Source: Torpedo marmorata (Eukaryota). From it: 64,000 nucleotides of DNA. The notes below the pieces were generated by a model that saw only the letters and a program-made list of their open reading frames with translations, searched no databases and was not told where the DNA came from. Positions 21,520 through 33,465 of this stretch are shown in pieces; within the stretch, counting starts at the first letter, position 1; each line of letters starts with the position of its first letter. A program made the translations under genes and the position numbers. Location: contig OZ360240.1 of NCBI GenBank assembly GCA_977017645.1, positions 44,454,001-44,518,000 of the forward strand, given 5' to 3'.

Positions 21520-23065
21520 TGCATCTAACCACACCACATGCAGACATGGGCTGAGAAGCTGTTTGGCATTCGAGCCACGAGAATTCAGGCAATGACCATC
21601 TCCAAAAAAAGAGGGTCCAACACTTATCTTTGACATTCAATGGCATTGCTGATTCTCCTCCATCAAGTTCCTGATTGTCACCATTGACCAGATGCTTCAC
21701 TATTCGCAGCTACAAAAACAGATCGGAGGCTGGGTATCCTGTGGCAAGTGGCTCACCTCTTGATTCCAGACAAGTCTCCTCCATATACAAAGCAGACGTC
21801 AGCAGAGTGATAGGGAATGCTTTATTTGCCTGGATGCCTTCAGCTGCAACAACACTTCAGAATTTTGTCACCATCCAGGAAAATTTAACCTACTTTAATG
21901 GGAGCCCATCAACCACCTTAATCATTCATTCCCCCCAGCACTGGTGCACTATGGCTGAAGTATGTACCATCCTCAAAATGTATGTCATTCTTTATGCTGG
22001 CTACAACAAAACCATCTCCAAATTGAATGCCCACTGCCACCAAGAAGCCAGGGCAGCAGACACAAGGAACACCATGTTCACTTCCAAGACATATGCACTC
22101 CTTCATCACTGGTTTATATCTTGGACATCTCTTCCCAACAACTTTGTGGAAGCAGTGGCGGATTAACCATTAGGCTGAGTAGGCTTAAGCCTAGAGGCCC
22201 GGAAGGGAGGGGGGCCTGAGAGCCAAAAAAAATGGTTTAATTGAGTGTACATGTGAGTATTTTGGATGATATTTCAGTACTTTTGCATATATTTTTTTCA
22301 TATCTGGAATATTACAAATATTACAAATACTATTTTGTTTTTTAAATGAGGCTCCAAACATATAAACATTTAGAAGTAATGCTTTTAGGACTTTGTACTG
22401 CAGCCGCGAGATTGTGTTTACCATGACGACATTATTACGTCACGAGTTGGCGTTAACATGCGCATGTACACGTTAAAGACAGGGAGCGAAGCCTGTTGGA
22501 ACATGAATGCCATTATTGTGAAATCTATAAAATATGACGGTAAACAAACGTTACATTAGTAAGTCCATGTTTTTCCGCTCCCTTACAAATGGCAAGAAAA
22601 TCAGGAGAAGTTGGCTGTGCTATTCTCCAAGCACAGATAAGGCATTCTGTTTTAACTGCAAACTGTTTTCAAGTGAAGACCATGCTTGATTACTTGACAA
22701 TACCAGTCAGAATGTGATTACATGAAAGCACTTCTGGAAAGGGTTGATGCTACAATTAAATTTCATGCTTATACATGTAGTACATTTTACATAGTACAAT
22801 GATTTGTTATTTAACGTAACTTAACGTCACTTTATTCTATTCAACGAAGGGTGGGGCTGGGGGTCAAGGGCAGGGGGAGCCTTACTAAAGCTCAGCCTAG
22901 GGGCCCGGGTGGTAGTTAATCCACCACTGCATGGAAGTACTTTCACCAGAAGTGCTGCAGCTGTTCAAGATGCTCTTCACCATCTTCTCAAAGGCAGTTA
23001 GGGATGAACAATAAAGACTGCCTGAGCCGGCAATGTCGGGATCTTGAAAACTGAGTAAATAAAAA
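21520..23065 (+). mobile_element. Old CR1-group LINE 3' portion, interrupted by a hAT MITE
   Basis: Decayed RT C-terminus SIYKADVSRVI..ALFAWMPSAATTL..IQ..IHSPQH; 3' end with aataaa near 23010-23060. Confidence 0.65.
22153..22929. mobile_element. Non-autonomous hAT element
   Basis: TIRs cagtggcggattaac / gttaatccaccactg; 8-bp TSD tgtggaag / catggaag (consistent with CpG decay of cgtggaag). Confidence 0.85.
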
Positions 23066-23097
23066 TGTATATTTGGTGCATGTTTCAAGTATAATTA

Positions 23098-24179
23098 CCG
23101 TATATTTTGGCGAATAAGTTGACTCGTGGATAAGTCAACCCCCCTTTTTCAGCCTAATTTTAATGGTTTTATTGTATATCCGGCGTATAAGTTGACCCCC
23201 AATTTTCAGGCTGTCCGGGCCTCCCAGCAACAACCCAAAATTTGTTACAACACCCCAATCGCCAAGTAACAAAGCTGTAAATTAAGCAAGTAAGTAAAAA
23301 AAAACAGTAAAAAAAACCTTTGCTTCTGGCCGGGAAGATGCCAAACTGGGTCCAAGTCTTCAGCCAGAGTCGGCGACAGCGACTCCATTCTCCACATCCG
23401 GTGCGGTGCTGTTCTCATTGAAGAAGTCGCCTCGCTGCCCAAGTGTGCTCGGTGCAGGAACCACGTGTCGGCTCCCGAGCAGGTGCGGGGACTCGTTCTC
23501 CCAGGCAGGAGTGGCGACATCGTTCTCCCGAGCAGGTGCCGGGACTCGTTCTCCCGGGCAGGAGCGGCGACATCGTTCTCCCGAGCAGGTGCGGGGGCTC
23601 GTTCTCCCGGGCAGGAGCGGCAACGTCGTTCTCCCGAGCAGGTGCGGGGGGCTCGTTCTCCCGAGCAGGTGAGGGGAGCTCGTTCTCCCGAGCAGGTGCG
23701 GGGAGCTCATTCTCCCGGGCAGGAGCGGCGACCTCGTTCTCCCGGGCAGGTGCGGTGACCTCGTTCTCCCGGGCAGGTGCGGCGACCTCGTTCTCCCGGG
23801 CAGGTGCGGCGACCTCATTCTCCCGGGCAGGTGCGGCGACCTCAGGCTCCCGGGTAGGAGCGGGGACCTCGGGCTCTACAATTGTAGAATGTCTGGGTGG
23901 TTTATGGCGGCGCCCGGCAGTGGGGAGGTGTCGGGGAGCAGCGGCGCCGGCGATGGGGAGGTGCTTCCAGTGTCGACCTATATGCCGAATCGGTTTTTCA
24001 TGGGTCGACTTATACGCCGAATCAGGTTTTCAAGGGTCGACATATACGCCAAATCGGCGTGGAGTGGTTTTTGAGCTGATTTTAAGGTCTCAAAAGTATA
24101 TCTGGCGTATAAGTCGACCCCCGTTTTTTGAGAGATTTTTGACGGTTTCAAGACTCGACTTATACGCCGAAATATATGG
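23098..24179. mobile_element. Tc1/mariner-pogo type non-autonomous element (CCGTA termini)
   Basis: TIRs ccgtatattttggcgaataagttgac / tcgacttatacgccgaaatatatgg; TA TSD; repeated subterminal gtcgacttatacgcc motifs. Confidence 0.85.
23470..23875. repeat. 27-bp GC-rich minisatellite (~15 copies)
   Basis: Unit ctcgttctcccgggcaggtgcggcgac with variants. Confidence 0.92.
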
Positions 24180-24744
24180 TAACACAATGTACACAATATT
24201 GACAGTAAAATGAGTTGCTAATGGACAAAAGTGTGCTGGGCCATTATACTGTCATAAACTGCTTATGCCATGTGAGCAAATCTAGTCACCCACTACTGAG
24301 GCTGTACTTTCTCAGAATGACAAATGAAAGCTTTGCCACAGTGTTCATGGCAGCATGCGCTGTGGTTTATGACACTCATATAGAGTGATCATGTTACTTG
24401 ATTACAAGTCCATAGCTGTTTATTTTATCTTGTCGCTGTCTCATGCAGGATGTCCATAAATTTAGAACATTCATCGGTTGTAAACTGAGCACTGGAGCCC
24501 ATTTTATGAAGCATTCAAAATGAATGCGAAGGAAATTTCTCTACCAGGCACACAACTCACAAATCAACTTTAAAACAACCAAATGGTGTCCCATTGACAC
24601 AAGGGAGCATGAACTGTTAACTACATACCGGTTTATTGCCAGACCTTGTATAATATCTCATCTATCTTCTCAGGATTCTGATTATCTTTGAATGAATTTT
24701 ATTCAAGCTTGTAGTTTTGCACTCCCCAAACAATCAACCAAACA

Positions 24745-25128
24745 GACAAATTGATGTCTGAAGAGGGCGCGCAAAATCATTATGGACCCCTTCCACCCCA
24801 CATACAGCATCTTTCAGCTGCTCCCGTCGGGAAAGAGATACAGGAGTATCAGATCCAGCACCACCAGGCTGAGGAACAGCTTCTTCCCACAGGCAGTGAG
24901 AATGCTGAACAACCAAAGGAACTGCTCACACTAGCCATCTGATACGCTCATATTCACGACACAATATTCATTTATTTGTATATATGAATACTTGTCCTGC
25001 ATATGTATTGTTTGTCTGTACGTGTGTTATGTCTATTTGTGTGTCTGCGTATTTTGCACTGAGGACCGGAGAACGCTACTTCGTCAGGTTGTACTTGTGC
25101 AATCAGATGACAATAAACTTGACTTGAA
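24745..25128 (+). mobile_element. Rex1/Babar-type LINE 3' fragment
   Basis: Decayed LLPSGKRYRSI..TTRLRNSFFPQAVR; tail gacaataaacttgacttga; same family as 63430-64000. Confidence 0.8.
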
Positions 25129-25518
25129 GTCTCTTTGCAAATCCCCATTGTTGGGCTTTCATACATCTGCTTGTTGAAGCCTGGGTGCTTCTTCTGACAG
25201 TCTCAAACACAGTTGTATTAGACTGAACACTCTCCTAATCACCAGGTTATGTGCAAGCAAATGTTTCGCTCAACAATTGGCAGTTTGCACATTAAAGAAA
25301 ATAAATGTTTTCCTGAAATGCAGATTTTCCTGGTCATTCTATTTCTCTGTAATTGCTAAAAAGAGAACAACAAAAATACTATTTCATGATAAGGAAGTGG
25401 AATATTCGAGAAGAACCTTTTGAATGTAGTGTTTGCATTGGATGCCCATGGATGTACAAGAACAACCCTTCTCAAGCAACTTACCGTAACATCACAAGGG
25501 AATCCCTTCTCGTGTACC

Positions 25519-25724
25519 CAGGGGGGTAGCCAGGTTCTAAAGGTAGGGGGAGCGAGCACATAAAAAAGGCGCCACGACGCATACCAGATGGTGAGTCAGT
25601 GGTGGCGGGGGCGTCGGACCGGGGGGGTGGCGGCAGCGTTGGACCAGGGGGGGGGGTGAAAAGGCGCCACATTTGAAGAATGTGCTCAGGGGGAGCACTT
25701 GCTCCCCCACTAGCTACGCCACTG
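25519..25724. mobile_element. hAT MITE
   Basis: Termini caggggggtagccag / ctagctacgccactg; perfect 8-bp TSD cgtgtacc. Confidence 0.85.
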
Positions 25725-26805
25725 CGTGTACCCGATCCTTATCATTCTTCTGTCCCACAAGTGAGATTGACAATTCAGTCCGAACCATAAAGATCTTAAT
25801 GTTGTGTCTTTAGTTAGAGGGGCACCAAGGTGGTTTCACACTGGATCCTGGAATTGGAAGATCCTCCCTCATTATTCTGGGCATGATTCATATTCAGAAG
25901 TGCAAAGGCAGTAATTGTTCCTCCTCAAATCTTGACTGGAAATGACTTATTCCATGTTTAGAGCACATTCCTTTTTTTATTTAAGGATGTTGAACGCCAG
26001 AGTTGTTAATGTAAACAAGACTATGTATTGTTTGTTTTATTCTTTTGGCAGGATTTGTATTTTGAAAGATGATTGTGATTTTGGTGTGTTGATCCTCCCT
26101 GAATACTGACAGGGAATATGAATAGAGGATTTCCTGAAGCTGAAAATCATCCTAACTCATGAATGATGTGAACTTCAGTTCACCTTATAATCAACAGAAA
26201 ATATCAGGCTGAATCTTTTCGTTGGTGGCCAATGGTCCAGAAGGGATCTGCTGGCATTCAACTGTTCCTAGGTAAGAAAGTACTGAACTTCTATACCTCT
26301 GAGTCAATCAGAATTGTTTGAAATGGGAAGTTATTAGAATGTCTTCACCTAGTTTAGTCACACTTACCTCAAAGCCCAATGAGAATTCTGGTATTATTTA
26401 AAGGGCTAACACTATAATAACTGGAGCACATGTAAAATTGATCAATACCACTTTAAGAATTATACCATGTGAGTAATTGTGCTGTTGCAACATTGTTGTG
26501 TGAAACAAGCCAGAGACTGTGTTGGCCACTGGGGAGGTGGGGGGGGGGGAAGGGGCTGGGGGAAGGGGGGAGGTGGGGGATTGAAAGTCACAATAGAAAG
26601 AATATTGTCTTAGCATTGTAAGCTTTTCTTTTGTTTAATAAAGTACCTTCAGCGTTAGTTTAAATGGCTAGCAATTTTCCAATGTTTAAGAGAGAGATAC
26701 TGAGACAGACATCATCGTAAAATACCCTATTGTGCCATGATTTTGTTGCTGGAAGCACAACATTGACAATTAATCTTAAATTACACCTGTGGTGGAAATA
26801 AATCA

Positions 26806-26965
26806 AAATAAAAAACACAAATGCTGGAGAAACTCAGCAGGTCAAACAGTGTATTTTATGTAGCCAAGGTAGAAATACATAACCGACGTTTCGACCTGCT
26901 GAGTTTCTCCAGCATTTGTGTTTTTTACTTCAACCACGGTGTCTACAGATTTTCGTGTTTTACTT
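26806..26965. mobile_element. 160-bp foldback Penelope-like insertion
   Basis: Inverted PLE termini; 14-bp TSD gtggaaataaatca (26792-26805, 26966-26979). Confidence 0.85.
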
Positions 26966-27481
26966 GTGGAAATAAATCATTCAGCTTACCACATAATTAT
27001 GTCAAGGTCATGAAATAGAATATCTTTTTAAAAATTGTGTGTGGGGAAAAAAAATCTTACAAACTGATATGGATGAATTCAGTCTCAAATGAAAAAGTCA
27101 CGTGAAGATGTGAATTTCCTGTATGGAATTTCATTTATGAAATGCACTGGTTGCCAACATGCACGAAGTCTGTAATTGATTATTTCTTTTTTTTTTTTTG
27201 AATATTTTATTTAAAATTTTAAATCACAAAATACATTATATAAATCGCAAAATTATCAAAATACATGTGATATATTTTCTCCCTCCCAACCACCCTCCCC
27301 ACCCTAACCCCCCCACCCCTCCCTAACCCTCCCACCCCTACTAATCTATAAAATAAAATAAAATAAAGTAAAGAAAAGAAAAAGAAAAACTAAGGAGAAT
27401 GTCAATCTAGACTAAAAAATAACTATAAACTAAAATTTTGTGGAAATTAGGTTACCAGCCTGATCCAATGTTCAGAGATCT

Positions 27482-30400
27482 TCAAATTTTTATTTTTAAG
27501 CCGACCAATTTTATATATGGGCTCCATATTTTCGAAAAGAAATGATATTTGTTACGTAAATTATAAGTAATTTTTTCAAGTGGTATACAAGAACGAAGTT
27601 CTGCGTGCCACCTTTCTAAACCTAAATCTACATCAGATTTCCAAGTGATAGCGATACATTTCTTAGCAACCGCTAAAGCAATTCTCAAAAACTCAATTTG
27701 ATACATATTTAAATTCATCATAATACTAATTCTTTTAATATCACCAAATAAAAATATCATCGGATCCATTGGAAGTATATTTCTTAATACTTTGTCTAAA
27801 AATTCCTTAACTTTAAACCAAAAATCCTGAATCTTTGGACAAAACCAAGTAGAATGTACAAAAGAACCTTCTTCCCCATTACATCTAAAACACATATCTG
27901 ATAACGCTGGATTAAACTTCTTTAATTTTTTAGGTGTCAAATATAATTGATGAAAAAAATTATATTGCACTAATCTATATCTGACATTAATAATTTTAGT
28001 CATACTTAATTTACATAATTCTTTCCAATGTTTTTCTTCTATAGTTACATTCAAATCTAATTCCCATTTTAATCTTGATTTATGAATTGCTACCTTAGGC
28101 ATTTTCCTCTGTAATAATTTATACATTTGAGAAATAAATTTATTTACACCTCCATTTGTAACTAATAATTCAAATTCACTTTGTCGAGGTAAAACCAAAT
28201 TATGACCCAGTTTTTCAACTAAAAAAGCTTTAATTTGAAAATAGGCAAAATATGTATTATTTAATATATTAAATTTATCTTTCATTCTTTGAAAAGTAAT
28301 AAATTTACCAGCTTCAAAACAATCATTTACCTTCTTAATTCCCTTTAAAAACCAAATTTTAAATAACTGATTATTAAAAGCAAACGGAATAAGTCTATTT
28401 TGATATAAAGGCATATTTGGCGAAATTAAACCTTTCGCTCCTATCTCTTTATCCAATCTATTCCATATTTCTAATAAATGTTTAAAAATAGGAGAATTTT
28501 TACCATTTATCAATATTAATTTAGAATTCCATTTATAAATAACTTCTTCCTTCAAATCTTCTCCTATATTATTTAATTCTATCCGGATCCATGCCGAATC
28601 TTTTGTTAAGTCCAACAATTCATTAATAAACCATAGTTGAGCTGCTTTATAATAATTTTGAAAATTAGGCAGTTGTAATCCACCCAATTCATAATTCCAA
28701 GTTAATTTTTCCATAGCTACTCTAGCCAATTTACCTTTCCACAAAAACTTCCTAATAATAAAATTTAAATCTTTAAAAAATTTTTGAGGAATTTCATATG
28801 GAATTGATTGAAAAAGATATTGAATCCTTGGAAAGATATTCATTTTAATACAATTTACCCTTCCTAATAAAGTTATAGGTAAATCTTTCCAACTTTCCAA
28901 ATCTTCTTTAATTTTCGCAAATAATGGTAAGTAATTTAATTTATACAAGTTGGCTAGTTTAGTATCTATCTTTATACCTAAATATTTAATTCCTTCGTTT
29001 GACCATTTAAATTGTGTAATTTCTTTACATTTACTATAATCATCTTGTGTTAATGCCATAATTTCACTTTTATCAGAATTAATTTTATAACCAGAAATCT
29101 CCCCATATTCCCTCAGTATAACATCCAAATGTATTAAAGAAGTAATAGGTTTTGTTATATATATCAATACATCATCTGCAAATAAATTAATCTTATGTTC
29201 TTCATTTCCAACCTTAATACCCGCAATCTTAATATCTTGTCTAATTAATTCCGCCAAAGGTTCAATTGCTAAAACAAATAATGCAGGTGATAACGGACAT
29301 CCTTGTCGCGTCGACCTAGTCAACAAAAACTTTGAAGAAATTTGTCCATTTGTAACCACCCTAGCAGAGGGTTCTTTATATATAGTTTTAATCCAATTAA
29401 TAAATGTAGTTCCAAACCCAAATTTTTCCAATACTTTAAATAAATAATTCCACTCTAATCTGTCAAAAGCCTTTTCAGCATCTAGTGTTAATACTAATGA
29501 TAATTCCTCTTTCTTTTGTGCCACATTAATTAAACTAATTAACCTAGCTATATTATCTTTTGAATATCTATTCTTAATAAAACCTGCTTGATCTTCATGA
29601 ATTAAATCTGGTAAATATCTAGCAAGTCTATTTGCTAATATTTTCGCCATTATCTTATAATCCACATTTAACAATGAAATCGGTCTATAAGATTCTGTTT
29701 TCAACGGATCTCTATCTTTTTTTGGTATAACTGTTATTATTGCATTAGAAAATGTTTCCGGTAAAGAATGAGTTTCCGTTATTTGTTTTAATACTTCCAT
29801 ATATGGGGGTATCAATAGATCTTTAAATTCCTTATAAAATTCTGGTGGAAAGCCATCCTCACCTGGAGATTTCCCATTTGCTAAAGAACTAAGGACCTCA
29901 TTAACTTCTCTCATCATAAATGTAGAATCTAAAAACTCTTTACTTCGAATATTCAATCTAGGCAATTTAATCTTAGATAAAAAGGCATTCACTTTAGAAT
30001 CACCTTTATCGGTTTGAGATTTATATAAATTTAAATAAAATTCCCTAAAAGAATCATTTATTTCCCGAGGTTTAAACGTTATCTTCTTTGAATTCTTTTT
30101 TTTAACAGCATTTATAGTCCTAGAAGTTTGTTCTTTTTTTAATTGCCAAGCCAACACTTTATGTGCTCTTTCACCCAATTCATAATATCTTTGTTTAGTT
30201 CTTTCAATTACTTTTTCCATTTTATATGATTGCAATGTATTATAATACAATTTCTTTCCAATTAAATTCCTCCTTTTTTCTTCTGATTTTCTCTTTTGTA
30301 AATCTTTTTCCAAAAATTCAATCTCTTTCTCCAATTTATCTAATTCTTGAGTATATTCCATTTTAACCTTTGCTGAATAACTTATTATTTGACCTCTTAA

Positions 30401-31279
30401 ATAAGCTTTTAAAGTATCCCAAATAATAAATTTATTATCCATTGAACTAGAATTAATCTGTAAAAATTCATGAATTTTTCTTCTTATATAATTACAAAAA
30501 TCTGGTCTTTTCAATAAAGAAGAATTAAATCTCCATCTATATGTCATTTTCTCTTTTTCCGGGATTATACAAGACATTATTAAAGGCGAATGGTCAGAAA
30601 TTATTCTTGCTTTATATTGTATTTCAGTAACTCTATCTTGTAAATGAGATGACAATAAAAACATATCTATTCTAGAATAAGAATCGTGTCTAAAAGAATA
30701 AAAAGAATAATCTTTTTCTCTTGGATTCAACTTTCTCCAAATATCAACTAAATTCAAGTCCTTCATCAAAGAAAGAATTTTCTTTGCAATTTTAGTTCTA
30801 ACTATTGATTTGGATGTTTTATCCAATATTGGATCTAAACAACAATTGAAATCCCCCCCAATCAAAATATTCTCATTTGCTTCTGATAAATGCAGAAAAG
30901 AATCTTGAATAAATTGTTCATCTTGAGTATTTGGAACATATATATTCATAAGCGTCCACATTTCAGAATATATCTGGCAATTTATTAAAACATATCTTCC
31001 TGAAGCATCTAATACCATAGACTGTAACTTAAAAGGTAATTTTTTATTAATTAAAATAGCAACTCCTTTTGCTTTAGAATTAAATGAAGACGCAATCACT
31101 TGACCAACCCAATCTCTCTTCAACTTCCGATGTTCTACATCCGTTAAATGCGTCTCTTGCAAAAAAGCAATATCAACTTTTAACTTTTTAATATATGCCA
31201 ATGTTCTTTTCCGTTTAATCGGATTATTTAGCCCATTTATATTAATACTTACAACATTTATTAATTTACTATCTGCCAT
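27482..31279 (-). CDS. L1 ORF2p (APE endonuclease, RT, C-terminal Cys-rich domain), 1265 aa
   Basis: NINGL, LQETH, GGDFN, SDH; YRPISLLN, LDAEKAFD, RQGCPLSP, FADD; CFRC...H..W.C. Confidence 0.97.
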   Translation of the reverse strand: MADSKLINVVSININGLNNPIKRKRTLAYIKKLKVDIAFLQETHLTDVEHRKLKRDWVGQVIASSFNSKAKGVAILINKKLPFKLQSMVLDASGRYVLINCQIYSEMWTLMNIYVPNTQDEQFIQDSFLHLSEANENILIGGDFNCCLDPILDKTSKSIVRTKIAKKILSLMKDLNLVDIWRKLNPREKDYSFYSFRHDSYSRIDMFLLSSHLQDRVTEIQYKARIISDHSPLIMSCIIPEKEKMTYRWRFNSSLLKRPDFCNYIRRKIHEFLQINSSSMDNKFIIWDTLKAYLRGQIISYSAKVKMEYTQELDKLEKEIEFLEKDLQKRKSEEKRRNLIGKKLYYNTLQSYKMEKVIERTKQRYYELGERAHKVLAWQLKKEQTSRTINAVKKKNSKKITFKPREINDSFREFYLNLYKSQTDKGDSKVNAFLSKIKLPRLNIRSKEFLDSTFMMREVNEVLSSLANGKSPGEDGFPPEFYKEFKDLLIPPYMEVLKQITETHSLPETFSNAIITVIPKKDRDPLKTESYRPISLLNVDYKIMAKILANRLARYLPDLIHEDQAGFIKNRYSKDNIARLISLINVAQKKEELSLVLTLDAEKAFDRLEWNYLFKVLEKFGFGTTFINWIKTIYKEPSARVVTNGQISSKFLLTRSTRQGCPLSPALFVLAIEPLAELIRQDIKIAGIKVGNEEHKINLFADDVLIYITKPITSLIHLDVILREYGEISGYKINSDKSEIMALTQDDYSKCKEITQFKWSNEGIKYLGIKIDTKLANLYKLNYLPLFAKIKEDLESWKDLPITLLGRVNCIKMNIFPRIQYLFQSIPYEIPQKFFKDLNFIIRKFLWKGKLARVAMEKLTWNYELGGLQLPNFQNYYKAAQLWFINELLDLTKDSAWIRIELNNIGEDLKEEVIYKWNSKLILINGKNSPIFKHLLEIWNRLDKEIGAKGLISPNMPLYQNRLIPFAFNNQLFKIWFLKGIKKVNDCFEAGKFITFQRMKDKFNILNNTYFAYFQIKAFLVEKLGHNLVLPRQSEFELLVTNGGVNKFISQMYKLLQRKMPKVAIHKSRLKWELDLNVTIEEKHWKELCKLSMTKIINVRYRLVQYNFFHQLYLTPKKLKKFNPALSDMCFRCNGEEGSFVHSTWFCPKIQDFWFKVKEFLDKVLRNILPMDPMIFLFGDIKRISIMMNLNMYQIEFLRIALAVAKKCIAITWKSDVDLGLERWHAELRSCIPLEKITYNLRNKYHFFSKIWSPYIKLVGLKIKI

Positions 31280-31565
31280 TACTATTATTTAATAACTCTC
31301 TCTTCATCAGACCAGACGGTCCCCCCTTCCACATTTGTAATAAATCTGACATCTCCTTAAACAAAGAAAAGAAAGAAAAAAGAATATTAAAAAGAAAAAC
31401 TAAACTAAACCCTCTATAAAATAACTGGTACTACACCAGTATAACCCCCCTCTTCTGTTCGGGAAGTGGCCCTCGCCACTAAAGTGGTGTGTGGTTAGGT
31501 ACGGAGCAGACAAGAAAAAGTCCACCCCTCCCAACAGAATAAACATAACAATTAATGTCAATTCT

Positions 31566-33080
31566 TCATCTGAATGCAGCTTCTTCCAAATCCTTATTAA
31601 CTTGTTCATCAGACAGCTCCTCAATCAACTCCTCCAGTTCATCCCTTCTTGGACGTACTTGGGGTTTCTCGGACAAATGTAGCAAATCTTGAACAGATAC
31701 ATCAACAGGCTTGTTAACTTGAGAATATCCAGACCCATCTTGATCTTGTTTTATATTCGGTAAACTGTTAGCATATTCCAAAGCATCATGATAATTCGCA
31801 AAAAATTTTGATTGGTTGTCTCGCAATTGAATCTTCAATATTGCAGGATATCTAAAAGAAAATCTATAACCCTTATTCCAAAGGATTGCTTTAGCTGGAT
31901 TAAATCCTTTCCGATCTTTAATTATTACTGCACTTAAGTCAGCGTAGAAAAACACTCTATTTTTATCAATAATCAATGGAGATTTCCTCTCTCTCGCGTT
32001 CTGAACTGCTAATCTCAAAATTTTTTCCTTATCCTGGTAACGAAGACATCTAATCAAAACTGAACGTGGCGTTTGTCCAGGAAATGGCTTCCTCCTGTTG
32101 TCTCGATGGGCTCTATCCAATTCAAGACCATAAGGAAAATTATCCTTACCCAGAATATCTGGGATCCATTTTTGAAAAAAATCAGTTGGATTTCGCCCTT
32201 CAAAATCTTCTGGAAGTCCCACAATCTTAACATTATTTCTACGACTTTGATTCTCCAAAGTATCTACTTTTTGTAAGAGTTGATTTCTTTGCAATTCCCA
32301 GGCAGTAAATGTATTTTCCATTTTGTCCACTGTAACCTTACAATCCACCATTTCATTACGACATTCTTCAACATTCTCTTCAACTTTCTGAACTTTCAAT
32401 ATAACTTTATCCACAACACCAGCATATTTCTTCAAATCATGTCTAATATCTTTTATTTCTTCATTAAATTTTGTAAAATTAGTATCCATAGCTTTAAATC
32501 CATTCTCAATACGCTTATTCATTGTAGATACCTGTTCTGTGAAATAATTCAATGCTTGAACAAAAGTAGTTGAAACCTCTGATTTTCCTTGCAACAAGTC
32601 AAATTCTTCTCCTTCACTAATATTTCTTACCTCTCCCTCCATTTCTTCTGATCTTCTATCATCTTCCACAAAAAGTGTCTTCTTTCTTCCTTTTTCTTCT
32701 GAATCTGTTGAACCTGATGAAGATTCATCCTGTCCCACGATGTAATGAATAGAACGGGACAACTTTACTTGGCTGTCAGCTGAAGTTGACAGCTCCCTTT
32801 GCGTTTCAATCGCGCGCGTCATTTCGCGCATGCGCGTTGCATCCGTCTCTTTCAGTACTGCCGTTTTCTTCCGAGCACCAGCGCCATCTTCCCCAGCTCC
32901 CCGGGAGGACGGCGCTGGTGTCACCACAGGCTTACCCTGCCGCGTCTGCACCTTTCGTGGAGGGAGAGAAACTTCATCACGAGGCTCCTTCAATACGGTA
33001 GGCCAATCTTCTTCTTGAACCCGATTTTCTTTAATCCCTGGTTTCTTTGTCTTCTGATCTTTGGTTTTTCTTGTAGCCAT
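31566..33080 (-). CDS. L1 ORF1p (coiled coil, RRM, CTD), 504 aa
   Basis: Heptad region followed by LENQSRRNNVKIVGLPE, ELDRAHR, FFYADLS, RYPAIL. Confidence 0.93.
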   Translation of the reverse strand: MATRKTKDQKTKKPGIKENRVQEEDWPTVLKEPRDEVSLPPRKVQTRQGKPVVTPAPSSRGAGEDGAGARKKTAVLKETDATRMREMTRAIETQRELSTSADSQVKLSRSIHYIVGQDESSSGSTDSEEKGRKKTLFVEDDRRSEEMEGEVRNISEGEEFDLLQGKSEVSTTFVQALNYFTEQVSTMNKRIENGFKAMDTNFTKFNEEIKDIRHDLKKYAGVVDKVILKVQKVEENVEECRNEMVDCKVTVDKMENTFTAWELQRNQLLQKVDTLENQSRRNNVKIVGLPEDFEGRNPTDFFQKWIPDILGKDNFPYGLELDRAHRDNRRKPFPGQTPRSVLIRCLRYQDKEKILRLAVQNARERKSPLIIDKNRVFFYADLSAVIIKDRKGFNPAKAILWNKGYRFSFRYPAILKIQLRDNQSKFFANYHDALEYANSLPNIKQDQDGSGYSQVNKPVDVSVQDLLHLSEKPQVRPRRDELEELIEELSDEQVNKDLEEAAFR

Positions 33081-33238
33081 TCTTAGTTTCTTAAGAAAAA
33101 CGTTTAAGTATTTTTAACAATCAGATGTGGTTTTAAATTACAGTTTTTAATTAATTCTGTGGGAGGAGTGTATTTCCACGACTCCAACCTACGCCATCAC
33201 GCCACGCCCCCCGTAATTGATTATTTCTGTAAAATCTA

Positions 33239-33465
33239 TATTGACTTTCTTCCCCACAAGAAATTTCTGGTAAGTCAGTGTTTGAAGTGCAAGTCATTTT
33301 TCAACCCCAATATTACCAGCAGCTCAATGATCAAATCTGGGCTGCATTTGTTAAAGTGTTACTCATTTGTGTTATAGATTTTACAGTAATTGATTATTTC
33401 TGAAAAATGACTTGCACTTCAAACACTGACTTACCAGAAATTTCTTGTGGGGAAGAAAGTCAATA
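33239..33465. repeat. Perfect 65-bp inverted repeat of otherwise unique DNA
   Basis: 33239-33303 is the reverse complement of 33401-33465. Confidence 0.9.

Larger units (their letters stand above)
27188..33212 (-). mobile_element. Full-length L1 with both ORFs intact
   Basis: 16-bp TSD gtaattgattatttct (27172-27187, 33213-33228); poly(A); 132-nt 5' UTR starting ggggggcgtggcgtgatggcg. Confidence 0.97.

Noticed and set aside
23470-23875. Regular 27-bp and 31-bp arrays (also 19720-19852) as CRISPR or as repeat proteins
   Set aside because: Head-to-tail units with no unique spacers and no cas genes, inside MITEs. The long ORFs arise from stop-free GC-rich repeats.
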